Translations under genes and position numbers: made by a program | Notes under the pieces: generated by a model | The model's database searches: none | The model's input: only the letters and a program-made list of their open reading frames with translations | What the model was told of the DNA's origin: nothing | In this document: positions 32,974-41,419 of the stretch, piece by piece | How the letters are laid out: every line of letters starts with the position of its first letter | Numbering within the stretch: position 1 is the first letter of the stretch | Source of the DNA: an uncultured Coriobacteriia bacterium | GTDB lineage: Bacteria > Actinomycetota > Coriobacteriia > Anaerosomatales > JAAXUF01 | Length of the DNA stretch: 64,000 nt | Assembly (NCBI GenBank): GCA_963789515.1 | Contig: CAWBKW010000009.1 | Span: forward strand, 31,088 to 95,087 | Direction of reading: 5' to 3'

Positions 32974-33088
32974 GGTGTCCGTTCGATAGAAGCGCCCCCG
33001 GCGGGTTCAGGGGTCCGCCCACATTCTACTCGCCGTCGGCGAGCGCGATCCGCTCTCGCGACACGTCCGCTCAGGAATCGTGTCGCTC

Positions 33089-33102
33089 TTGATGTACGTC
33101 AA
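33089..33102. promoter_or_regulatory. FNR/HcpR-type binding site (class II position)
   Basis: TTGAT-gtac-GTCAA, centred at -41.5 if TAGAGT (33125-33130) is the -10 element. Confidence 0.8.
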
Positions 33103-33168
33103 GGAACCGGCCTGAACCCATGCGTAGAGTCGGACTCGTTCCCCGTGTGAAGGAAGGACCGCTCACCC

Positions 33169-33645
33169 GTGAACGACCGATTCGCCGAGAAGCTGGCCGA
33201 CCCCGTCATCGTGCACGACACCACGACGCTGGCGGACTTCGTCCAGATCTACTGCGACGGCCACCACAAGGATGCAGCGCGCAGGTCCGTCGAGACCGAC
33301 GCCGCACAGCTCGGCATCTACGGGCGCAAGCATCCGGTCCTCTGTGCTGAGTGCGAGGCTCACCTGGCATACGCCGAGAAGCGTCGTGCGTACTGCAACC
33401 AGGACCCGAAGCCGTTCTGCGCCTACTGCGAGGTCCACTGCTACAAGAACGACGAGCGCGAGTGGCAGCGCCAGATGATGCGCTACTCGGGTCCCAAGTC
33501 GTGGCGCAAAGGCCATGCGATCGACGGCGTCAAGCACATGCTCGACGGCCGCAAGTACCGAAAGCTCGCCGAGGCCAAGGCCAAGACGGCCGCCGCCGAG
33601 AAGACCGCCGCGCCCGCGGCAGACAACCAGGAGGAATCCCGATGA
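33169..33645 (+). CDS. YgbA-like (nitrous oxide-stimulated promoter family) Cys-rich protein
   Basis: IYCDGHH, LCAEC, YAEKR..C..KPFCAYC..HCY, MRYSGP motifs. Confidence 0.8.
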   Translation: MNDRFAEKLADPVIVHDTTTLADFVQIYCDGHHKDAARRSVETDAAQLGIYGRKHPVLCAECEAHLAYAEKRRAYCNQDPKPFCAYCEVHCYKNDEREWQRQMMRYSGPKSWRKGHAIDGVKHMLDGRKYRKLAEAKAKTAAAEKTAAPAADNQEESR

Positions 33646-34028
33646 GCACAACCGTGACACGCCAGATCGTCCGCATCGACGAGGAGCTCTGCAACGGCTG
33701 CGGCGTGTGCGTCTCGCCGTGCGCCGAAGGCGCGATCGTCATCGTCGACGGCAAGGCCCGCGTCGTGAAGGAAGAGCTGTGCGACGGAGCCGGCTTCTGT
33801 CTCGGCGTCTGCCCGACCGGCGCCCTGACGCTCGAGACCCGCGAGGCCGTCCCCTTCGACCACGACGCGGTCGAGGCGCACGTCGCCGAGCAGCCCAAGA
33901 CCTACATCGCCCAGACCTGCTTCAACTGTGGCCGCTCGGAAGATGACGGCCCGCTGCTGCCGGTCCGCACGCAGGGGACGAGCACGTGGGTCTGCACGCG
34001 CTGCTTGCCGGCACTGATTCACGGGTAG
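33642..34028 (+). CDS. 2x[4Fe-4S] ferredoxin with extra C-terminal CxxC...CxxC domain
   Basis: CNGCGVCVSPC, CDGAGFCLGVCP, CFNC...CTRC. Confidence 0.85.
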   Translation: MSTTVTRQIVRIDEELCNGCGVCVSPCAEGAIVIVDGKARVVKEELCDGAGFCLGVCPTGALTLETREAVPFDHDAVEAHVAEQPKTYIAQTCFNCGRSEDDGPLLPVRTQGTSTWVCTRCLPALIHG

Positions 34029-34040
34029 TCGGCGGGGGTG

Positions 34041-34125
34041 GGGTGCGAGCGCGGGGGTCCGGTGCTCAGACATCCTCGCCGCTTCGCGGCTGCGGAACTG
34101 CGCCCGGACCCCCGCGCTCGCACCC
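34041..34125. repeat. Long intergenic inverted repeat (REP/MITE-like hairpin)
   Basis: 22-bp perfect arms GGGTGCGAGCGCGGGGGTCCGG / CCGGACCCCCGCGCTCGCACCC enclosing the nested hairpin GCCGC-ttc-GCGGC. Confidence 0.75.
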
Positions 34126-34215
34126 TGCTCGCGAAACCCCCAAGACCAACTCCAGAGCGACGCGCAAGCGCCAGATGCCCTGAAGGCCTCTTCCAGAACG
34201 ACGAAAGGATCGCGA

Positions 34216-35877
34216 ATGACCCCGAACGAGAGCGTCATGTTCTGCAACCAGTGCGAGCAGACGGCCCATGGGACCGCCTGCGAGAAGATCGGTGTGTGCG
34301 GCAAGTCGCCGGACGTCTCGGCGTTGCAGGACCTGCTCGTGAATGCCTGCCGCGGCATCTCCATCGTCGCCCTCGACGCCGAGGGGCTCGGTATCGACAC
34401 GTCGGTCGCCGGCGCGTTCGTGGCCGACGCGCTGTTCACCACGCTCACGAACGTCGACTTCGACGCCGAGTCCGTCGCCTCGATCACCCGCGATGGCGTT
34501 GCGCTCCGTGAGGCGCTCAAGGCCGACGTGCGCGAGGCCGGCGGAACGACCTCCTACGACGACCTGTACGCCACGTTCGAACCCGCCGAGTCGACCGCCG
34601 GGCTCATCGCCCAAGGCCGCGAGTTCGGCTCTCCCTGGGACACTTCGCGCGATGCCGACGTGCAGTCGCTTCAGGAGACCACGCTGTACGGCATGAAGGG
34701 CGTCGGCGCATACGAGCATCACGCTCGCGCACTGGGCCACACCGACCCGGTCATCTACAGCTATCTCTTCAAGGCGCTCGCCGCGATGAGCGATGAGAAC
34801 CTCGACCTGAACGCGTGGGTCGGCCTGACGCTCGAGTGCGGTGCGGCGAACCTGCGCACCATGGAGATCCTCGACGCGGCCAACACCGGCGCATACGGCG
34901 ATCCCACGCCCACGTCAGTCTCCCTCGGCCAGCGCAAGGGCAAGGCGATCCTGATCTCCGGCCACGACCTCGCCGACCTCAAGGCGCTGCTCGAGGCCAC
35001 CAAGGGCACCGGCGTCGACGTCTACACCCACGGCGAGATGCTGCCGGCGCACGCGTACCCCGAACTGCACGCCTACGAGAACCTCGCCGGGCACTTCGGC
35101 ACCGCGTGGCAGAACCAGCACAAGGAGTTCCGCGAGTTCCCCGGCGCCATCCTGATGACCACCAACTGCCTGATGATCCCGCACGCCGAGTACAAGAGCC
35201 GCCTGTTCACCAGCGGGCCCGTGCGCTTCCCGGGTGTTCCGCACCTCACACGCGATGACTTCTCGGCTGTCGTCGAGAAGGCGCTCGCCGAGCCGGGATT
35301 CGAGTGGGACACGACCGTCGGCGAGGTTCTCGTCGGCTTCGGCCACAACGCCGTGCTCGCCGTCGCCCCGACCGTCATCGAAGCCGTCAAGAGCGGCGCG
35401 ATTCGCCACTTCTTCCTGGTCGGCGGGTGTGACGGCGCCCGTCCGGGGCGCAACTACTACACCGAGTTCGTCGAGGAGACCCCGAGCGACACCATCGTCA
35501 TGACGCTGGCCTGCGGCAAGTTCCGCTTCTTCGACAAGCAGCTCGGCGAGATCGGCGGTCTTCCGCGCCTCATGGACGTCGGCCAGTGCAACGACGCCTA
35601 CTCGGCGATCAAGATCGCTGTCGCGCTCGCTGACGCGTTCGAGTGCGGCGTCAACGACCTGCCGCTGTCGATGATCCTGTCGTGGTACGAGCAGAAGGCC
35701 GTTGCGATCCTTCTGACCCTGCTCCACCTCGGCATCACCGACATCCGGCTTGGCCCCACCCTGCCGGCGTTCATCACTCCCAACGTCTTGGGCGTGCTCG
35801 TCGAGAACTTCGCGATCAAGCCGATCGCCGCGAGCCCCCGCGAGGACCTCAACGCCATCCTGGGCGAGAAAGCGTAG
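34216..35877 (+). CDS. hcp: Hybrid-cluster protein (hydroxylamine/NO reductase)
   Basis: MFCNQCEQT..C..GVCGK, ILISGHDL, YTHGEMLPAH, TTNC, GGCDG, LACGK, GQCNDAYS, SWYEQKA. Confidence 0.96.
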   Translation: MTPNESVMFCNQCEQTAHGTACEKIGVCGKSPDVSALQDLLVNACRGISIVALDAEGLGIDTSVAGAFVADALFTTLTNVDFDAESVASITRDGVALREALKADVREAGGTTSYDDLYATFEPAESTAGLIAQGREFGSPWDTSRDADVQSLQETTLYGMKGVGAYEHHARALGHTDPVIYSYLFKALAAMSDENLDLNAWVGLTLECGAANLRTMEILDAANTGAYGDPTPTSVSLGQRKGKAILISGHDLADLKALLEATKGTGVDVYTHGEMLPAHAYPELHAYENLAGHFGTAWQNQHKEFREFPGAILMTTNCLMIPHAEYKSRLFTSGPVRFPGVPHLTRDDFSAVVEKALAEPGFEWDTTVGEVLVGFGHNAVLAVAPTVIEAVKSGAIRHFFLVGGCDGARPGRNYYTEFVEETPSDTIVMTLACGKFRFFDKQLGEIGGLPRLMDVGQCNDAYSAIKIAVALADAFECGVNDLPLSMILSWYEQKAVAILLTLLHLGITDIRLGPTLPAFITPNVLGVLVENFAIKPIAASPREDLNAILGEKA

Positions 35878-35883
35878 AGAACG

Positions 35884-36291
35884 ATGTCAGACCTCGATCG
35901 TGATACGACATCAGCAGCCGACGAGAGCGACGACGTCGCAGAGCAGACCGTCGAGTGCGCACCTGCCGGCCCGCGCTGGAAGCGGGTGCTCAAGTGGACC
36001 GCGATCGGTGTCGGCGGCACGCTGGTGTTCCTCGTGTTCGCGGCGTTCATGCTCTACAACTTCGGCGGCATGTGGGGCTCGGTCTACCCCGAGCTCGGCC
36101 CGCAGTACGAGCAGCTGGTGGCGTCCGGTCAGGCCCCTGCGTTGAGGAAGCGCTTCGTCATCCCGATTCCCGGGTGCCAGTGTCACAGCACCGACCCCGT
36201 GCTGACGGCACAGCACTCCAAGCGCCACATGAACGAATGCGGCAAGTGCCACAACACGCGGCCGGCCCACATGGAGCCCGGCGTGCTGTAG
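35884..36291 (+). CDS. Small membrane-anchored putative di-heme cytochrome c (CxCH plus CxxCH)
   Basis: Basic patch and TM helix, then GCQCHST and ECGKCHN; starts 6 nt after the hcp stop. Confidence 0.7.
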   Translation: MSDLDRDTTSAADESDDVAEQTVECAPAGPRWKRVLKWTAIGVGGTLVFLVFAAFMLYNFGGMWGSVYPELGPQYEQLVASGQAPALRKRFVIPIPGCQCHSTDPVLTAQHSKRHMNECGKCHNTRPAHMEPGVL

Positions 36292-36322
36292 GACCTCGCC
36301 TCACAGCACCCGCTCGAGCATC

Positions 36323-36356
36323 GCGGCCCGGCCTCCGGCGACGGAGGCCGGGCCGC
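36323..36356 (+). terminator. Terminator of the hcp operon
   Basis: GCGGCCCGGCCTCCG-gcga-CGGAGGCCGGGCCGC followed by TGTCTT. Confidence 0.75.
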
Positions 36357-36463
36357 TGTCTTCGTGTCGGATTCGGGCGTCCGCACCGCCACTCTCTGCG
36401 CTACCATGGGTCGTGGCGGTCGACGGCCGCCCGTGCCCGCACGAGACCGCGTCGGAGGACCCG

Positions 36464-38305
36464 ATGGCCGAGATCATGCAGCACCTGACCGCGTTGGCTG
36501 ATGAGATCGGCCCGCGTCCGGCGACGAGTGATGCCGAGAGCCGCGCCGCTGACTACATCACGTCGGTGTTCGTGGCGCGCGGGCTCGAACCCGAGACCCA
36601 CGAGTTCGATTCGCCCCGGACCTACTCCTGGGCGTTCGTCATCTACTTCACCCTGACGCTGCTCTCGGCCGTGGTGGCGGGGATCAAGCCCGAGATCGCC
36701 GCGCTGAACTGGGGTGCGCTGCTTGTCTCAGCGGGTGTCGCGGTCTCATTCTGGCTCGACCTCGACACGCGCAGGGGAGGGCTCAGTCGGCTCATGCCCA
36801 AGGGCCCGAGCCAGAACGTCATCGCGCGCCACGTCCCCAAGTCCCGGCGTGGCGAGAAGCTCAAGAAGATCGTCATCGTCGCTCACTACGACACCGCCCG
36901 CGCGTCGCTCGCGTTCTCACCGGGGATGGTGCGTCAGTTCCCGGTGACGTTCGCCCTCATGAAGTGGGCGACGTTCCTCACGCCGGTCCTCATCCTCGCG
37001 ATGGCGACCCCTTGGACCGCCAAGGCCGAGCCGTACCTGTGGTACGTGACGATGGTGCTCGCCGCCTACCTGCTCATTCCGCTGTTCATCAACGTCCAGC
37101 GCGAGCTGATGATGCCGTTCGTCGACGGCGCCAACGACAATGCGTCGGGCGTCGCCGCGATGCTGGGCGTGCTCCACAACCTCGTTTCAGAGCCGGAGGC
37201 TTCGCGCTTCTCGACCTCGCAGTTCGAACCGGTGCAGCGCGGAGCCGAGGCGGCACTCGCCGCCGACGTGGTTCCCGAGGGTGCGCTCCTCTCGTACTCG
37301 CCTGCCGGATCGCGCGACACCGCAAGCGAGCTGCCCGAGGACTTCCGTTGGGCCGAGCCGTCCGGAGAGGCCGCACGTCCTCCCCAGAAGGGCCAGGGCT
37401 TCCTGGAGTTCGGGACGATCGACTTCGCAGCCGTCGGCCCCGAGGCGTCCAAGCCGTCCAAGCCGGAGGAGCCGGTTGCGCCGGAACCGCCTGCACGCTC
37501 GAGCGTTTCTACCGGCCCCGATACGCTGCCCGGCTCGGGTGCCGTACCCGGGAGCGGTGCGACCGAAGACCCGTCGCGCAAGCGCCGCGGGCTTCTCGGC
37601 GGGCTGGGACTCGGCAAGAAGAAGAAGGAAGAGGACCACGACGTCAAAGGTTGGCTCGGGGTCGACGACGAGTTCGACGCTCGCAAGGCGGGCGCCGACA
37701 TCGGGTCGTGGGACAAGTTCGGTGACGGTGACGACGATGACGACGACGGCATCGGCTGGAAGGGCGGCTGGGCGGGCGACGACCCGATCGGCGACGATGA
37801 CTTCTCGGCCAACGAGGCAGCCCGTATCCGCCGCAGGGTCACCGAGTCGGTCGACCGCGAGCTGAGCGAGAAGGAAGTGTGGTTCGTCGCGACCGGTGCC
37901 GAGGAGGTCGGGACCGTCGGCATGCAGGCGTTCCTTGACGACTACGGCGACGAGCTGCGCGACGCGCTCATCATCAACATCGACAACGTGGGCGCCGGTC
38001 AGCTCTCGTGGGTCACCGCTGAGGGCATGGCGCGCCGCTACCGTGCGGCCCAGCGGATCATCGGGCTCGCCAAACGCGCCTCCCGTGAGCGCGAGATCCT
38101 CGTGAAGCCGCGCGTCTTCAAGGGCCTCTCGACCGACGCCACGCCGGCGCTCGCTCGCGGCTTCAAGGCGATGACCCTCATGGCGTTCGACAACTCCGGC
38201 CTGCCGATGAACTGGCACTGGAAGACCGACACGACGGACAACATCGAGCCCGAGGTCGTCGAGCGCGTGGCCGACCTGGTCACCGAGATGATCCGCGAGG
38301 CCTAG
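36464..38305 (+). CDS. Membrane-embedded M28 family metallopeptidase
   Basis: IGPRPATS, VAHYDT, GANDNASG, GAEEVG, NIDNVG, WHWKTD; four TM helices and a long acidic insertion. Confidence 0.85.
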   Translation: MAEIMQHLTALADEIGPRPATSDAESRAADYITSVFVARGLEPETHEFDSPRTYSWAFVIYFTLTLLSAVVAGIKPEIAALNWGALLVSAGVAVSFWLDLDTRRGGLSRLMPKGPSQNVIARHVPKSRRGEKLKKIVIVAHYDTARASLAFSPGMVRQFPVTFALMKWATFLTPVLILAMATPWTAKAEPYLWYVTMVLAAYLLIPLFINVQRELMMPFVDGANDNASGVAAMLGVLHNLVSEPEASRFSTSQFEPVQRGAEAALAADVVPEGALLSYSPAGSRDTASELPEDFRWAEPSGEAARPPQKGQGFLEFGTIDFAAVGPEASKPSKPEEPVAPEPPARSSVSTGPDTLPGSGAVPGSGATEDPSRKRRGLLGGLGLGKKKKEEDHDVKGWLGVDDEFDARKAGADIGSWDKFGDGDDDDDDGIGWKGGWAGDDPIGDDDFSANEAARIRRRVTESVDRELSEKEVWFVATGAEEVGTVGMQAFLDDYGDELRDALIINIDNVGAGQLSWVTAEGMARRYRAAQRIIGLAKRASREREILVKPRVFKGLSTDATPALARGFKAMTLMAFDNSGLPMNWHWKTDTTDNIEPEVVERVADLVTEMIREA

Positions 38306-38329
38306 TCGCCCGGCTGGAAGGCACTCGGC

Positions 38330-39040
38330 CTAGGGCCAAGCCTCGGGCATCTCCATCTCCTCGATGTCCTCGCCCTCCTCGGCGAGTTCCTCCTCGGCTT
38401 CTGAGAATCCGAGGGGCTCTCCGTGTGGGCGGTGCCACGCGAGCCTGTCGGCGTAGAAGGCCATCGCCGTTCCCACGGTGACGAGTACGGCGCTCGCCGA
38501 GAAGACAGGCAGCATCAGCGGCGAGCGCTGAAGGGCCACGATCACGATTCCGAACACGATGAAGCCGAGGTGCAGCAGGCCGCTGCCGGCCTTGGTGAGC
38601 CGGCCTTGGGTCAGATAGGACGGGCCGCGCACGCCGGCCACGGTCATGACCACCACCGCGACTTGGATCGCCGCCGCCAGGCCCAGGTAGACCGCGAGGC
38701 CGCGGCCCAGGTCCGAACTCGCCACACCTGCCACGACGCCCGCAGCGACCATGGCGACCGAGATCGCCAGGAGCAGTCGTCGCGAGAACAGGCGCTTGGG
38801 CACGCACAGCCCCATCACCACGACGAGCGCCAGGATCTGCGGTGCAGCGATCGCGTTCATCGCGGAGACGTAGGAGGTGTAGCCGGCGCCCTGCTCCCAG
38901 CCGGGGATGGTCTTCTCGGCGAAGAGCACCCAGATGGTGCCGACGAAGGATTGCACGCCGAGCGATGCGAGGAGGATGACCGTGATCACCGTGAGCGCGA
39001 AGTCCCAGGAACGCTGACGGATGTGCTCGATATCGACCAT
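38330..39040 (-). CDS. Membrane protein resembling the C-terminal half of heme lyase CcmF
   Basis: FVGTIW, MNAIAAP..LVVVMGL and GLLHLGF segments parallel CcmF LLGTLLP, FFN..P..LLLG and AHLG; TGATG coupling to the upstream gene. Confidence 0.6.
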   Translation of the reverse strand: MVDIEHIRQRSWDFALTVITVILLASLGVQSFVGTIWVLFAEKTIPGWEQGAGYTSYVSAMNAIAAPQILALVVVMGLCVPKRLFSRRLLLAISVAMVAAGVVAGVASSDLGRGLAVYLGLAAAIQVAVVVMTVAGVRGPSYLTQGRLTKAGSGLLHLGFIVFGIVIVALQRSPLMLPVFSASAVLVTVGTAMAFYADRLAWHRPHGEPLGFSEAEEELAEEGEDIEEMEMPEAWP

Positions 39041-40032
39041 CAGACGACACCTCCTCCGGCGAGGACGGCGGCGGCATAGGAGTGCGCCCCCGGGACCACG
39101 TAGGTCGCGAGATAGGTGAGCACCAGGATGAGGAAGGAGAGGACCGCGAGCGCGGCCACCATCTTCCACATGCCCTGTCGTCGCAGGTAGAGCCGTGCGT
39201 GCAGGTACGCGGTGTAGAGCATCCACATCATGATCGACATGTTGACCTTGCCGGACCACCACCACGCCTCACCCTGCCAGGACATGAGCGCCCACGGGAA
39301 CCCGAGCAGCATGCCGATGGTGAGGGGAAGGTAGCCGAGTCGCGCCCAGCGGTACGCGGTGGTCTCGAAGGCGGAGCGTCGTTGGACGATCATCTGGATG
39401 GTCGCCACGAACGAGATCGTGAACGCTCCGTACGCCAAGAACAGCAGCGGCGGATGCACCCACATGAACCACGCGTTGTAGTAGTAGGTCGCCGCGCTCG
39501 CCATGCCCTCGAAGCCCTGCTGCGCCGCCACCCCGCCCATCGACGTGGCCTGCAGGTAGCCGTAGTACTGGGCGATGAAGCCCGGTAGGGGCCGGGTCAA
39601 GGGCGCACCGATGAGTGCGGCACTCGCCGACAGCCCTGCGACTGCCAGCATGACGCCCGGCAGAAGCTGCTCGCGGTGCCTGCGCATCACGACGCCCATC
39701 AACGCGACGATGAGCGCCCACACGTAGAGCTTCTCGGACTCGACCCACGGCGAGACCGCGACGTGCGTGACGATGCGTCCGGTGGATGGATCGACCACGA
39801 CCGCCAGCTGCCATAGACGCCAGTGAAGCCAGATCAGCAGGCCTTCGCCGCCGACCAGCAGCGCCGCCATGACCCCGAGGGCCCGGCCACGCCATCGAGC
39901 CGCTGAGGGCACGAGCGCGCAGATCGCGAGAAGGAGTGCGGACGTGGCGATCACGGTTTGGAGCGGATAGCCGATCCTCGCGACGGTCGCAAGGAGTTGC
40001 ACGATCGAGTCGTAGGTCAGCAGCGGGTTCAT
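39040..40032 (-). CDS. Cytochrome c biogenesis protein (CcmF/CcsA family, N-terminal half) with divergent WWD loop
   Basis: WVESEKLYVW, VHPPLLFLAY, WALMSWQGEAWWWSGKVN, LYTAYLHAR, GAHSY; leaderless ATG 6 nt after TATACT. Confidence 0.82.
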   Translation of the reverse strand: MNPLLTYDSIVQLLATVARIGYPLQTVIATSALLLAICALVPSAARWRGRALGVMAALLVGGEGLLIWLHWRLWQLAVVVDPSTGRIVTHVAVSPWVESEKLYVWALIVALMGVVMRRHREQLLPGVMLAVAGLSASAALIGAPLTRPLPGFIAQYYGYLQATSMGGVAAQQGFEGMASAATYYYNAWFMWVHPPLLFLAYGAFTISFVATIQMIVQRRSAFETTAYRWARLGYLPLTIGMLLGFPWALMSWQGEAWWWSGKVNMSIMMWMLYTAYLHARLYLRRQGMWKMVAALAVLSFLILVLTYLATYVVPGAHSYAAAVLAGGGVV

Positions 40033-40158
40033 CCTGCCAGTATACGACCGGTCCGGCGGCGTGCGATTTGCTGCCTCCGAGTGTACGCGGGTACACTCGC
40101 GAAGCGCGCCGACCGCCGAATCGGTGCGCGCCTTTGTCCCCGAGCCACCGGAGGCCTG

Positions 40159-41418
40159 GTGAGTCCGAGCCGGCTCAGGAAGCGAATCTCGCGCGCCCTC
40201 ATGGTGTCGTGGAGAGAGCAACCGACGCGCTACGACATCGAAGCGGTACAGGCCAACACGCGCCGCGTGGGGCTTGTCATCCGCGTGCGCTGGGCGTTGC
40301 TCATCGTGCTGGTCATCTACTCGCTGTTGGCCGGCGCGGCCTACATCACGGTGATGCCGTTCAGTGAGTTGGCCTCCCGCATGCTGATTCCTGCGCTCGC
40401 CCTCGGCTTCGTCGCGCTCTACAACACCTTCTATCAGTTCAACTACCGGCGCCTCGGCAACATCGCTGTCTGGAACAACCTGCAACTCGCGCTCGACGCG
40501 CTCGTCGTCACGGTGCTCGTCTACTACTCCGGAGGCGTGAGTTCGTGGTTCTGGTCCATGTACTCACTCTTCATTCTCGAAGCCGCCTTCATCTTGCCCA
40601 GGCGTCGTGACACGTGGGCGTTGGCCCTGCTGTGCATGCTCATCCTCGGGGCCATCGAGGTTTTCGAGCTCCTGGGAATCCTGCCGCACGTCACCATCCC
40701 CTACGCCTCGGCCGAGCAGTATCTCGATCCGGTCTATGTCTCGGTCCGCTACCTCTGGCAGGTGGCCGTGCTCGCCGGAACGGCCGCGGTTGCCACCCAA
40801 CTCGTCGGCGAGCAGAGGGACGAGGCCGCCGGCAGACAGTCGCTCGCGGTGCTCGACGAGACCACCGGGTTGTACTCACGCGCCTACTTCCTGCGCGCGC
40901 TCGGCGCCGAGATCCGTCGCGCACGTCGGGACGCCCGTCCCTTGCACGTCCTGCTCATCGACATCGACTGTTTCGGCGACTTCAATCGCCGCTTCGGCAT
41001 CGACGTCGGTGACCGCCTGCTCGTCCTCATCGCGACCGCGATCACCCGCTGCGTCGCCGAGGCGGGCGACATGCTCGTGACGACCAACCTGGCGGCACGT
41101 TTCGGCGGCGAGGAGTTCGTGATCCTGCTTGCCGAAGACCAGGAGACGCAAGGACCTCCGGACGACAGCGACGCGCTCCGACTTGCGGAATGCCTCCGCA
41201 TCGAGATCGGCGAGCAGAAGGTGGAGGGCGTCGGCGTCACCGTCTCCGTGGGAGTCGCATCGATGCCCACCGACGGAGCGACCTCCGATGAGCTGCTCGA
41301 CGCGGCAGACGGTGCTCTCGCAGCAGCCGTCGACGCCGGTGGTGACCGGGTGGTGATGGCATCTTCGCTGTCGCCGGCATCGTGGGAAGCCGAACTCCTC
41401 GGCGTGCCCGAGGAATAG
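40159..41418 (+). CDS. Membrane-bound diguanylate cyclase (GGDEF domain)
   Basis: Several TM helices, DETTGLYSR, IDIDCF..FN..FG..VGD, ARFGGEEF, VTVSVGV. Confidence 0.88.
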   Translation: MSPSRLRKRISRALMVSWREQPTRYDIEAVQANTRRVGLVIRVRWALLIVLVIYSLLAGAAYITVMPFSELASRMLIPALALGFVALYNTFYQFNYRRLGNIAVWNNLQLALDALVVTVLVYYSGGVSSWFWSMYSLFILEAAFILPRRRDTWALALLCMLILGAIEVFELLGILPHVTIPYASAEQYLDPVYVSVRYLWQVAVLAGTAAVATQLVGEQRDEAAGRQSLAVLDETTGLYSRAYFLRALGAEIRRARRDARPLHVLLIDIDCFGDFNRRFGIDVGDRLLVLIATAITRCVAEAGDMLVTTNLAARFGGEEFVILLAEDQETQGPPDDSDALRLAECLRIEIGEQKVEGVGVTVSVGVASMPTDGATSDELLDAADGALAAAVDAGGDRVVMASSLSPASWEAELLGVPEE

Positions 41419-41419
41419 C

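Noticed and set aside
39038-39042. Split of the CcmF-like gene as a sequencing artefact
   Set aside because: The junction is a clean TGATG overlap with a GGAGGAGGT SD upstream of the second ATG, typical of real translational coupling; still worth confirming with reads
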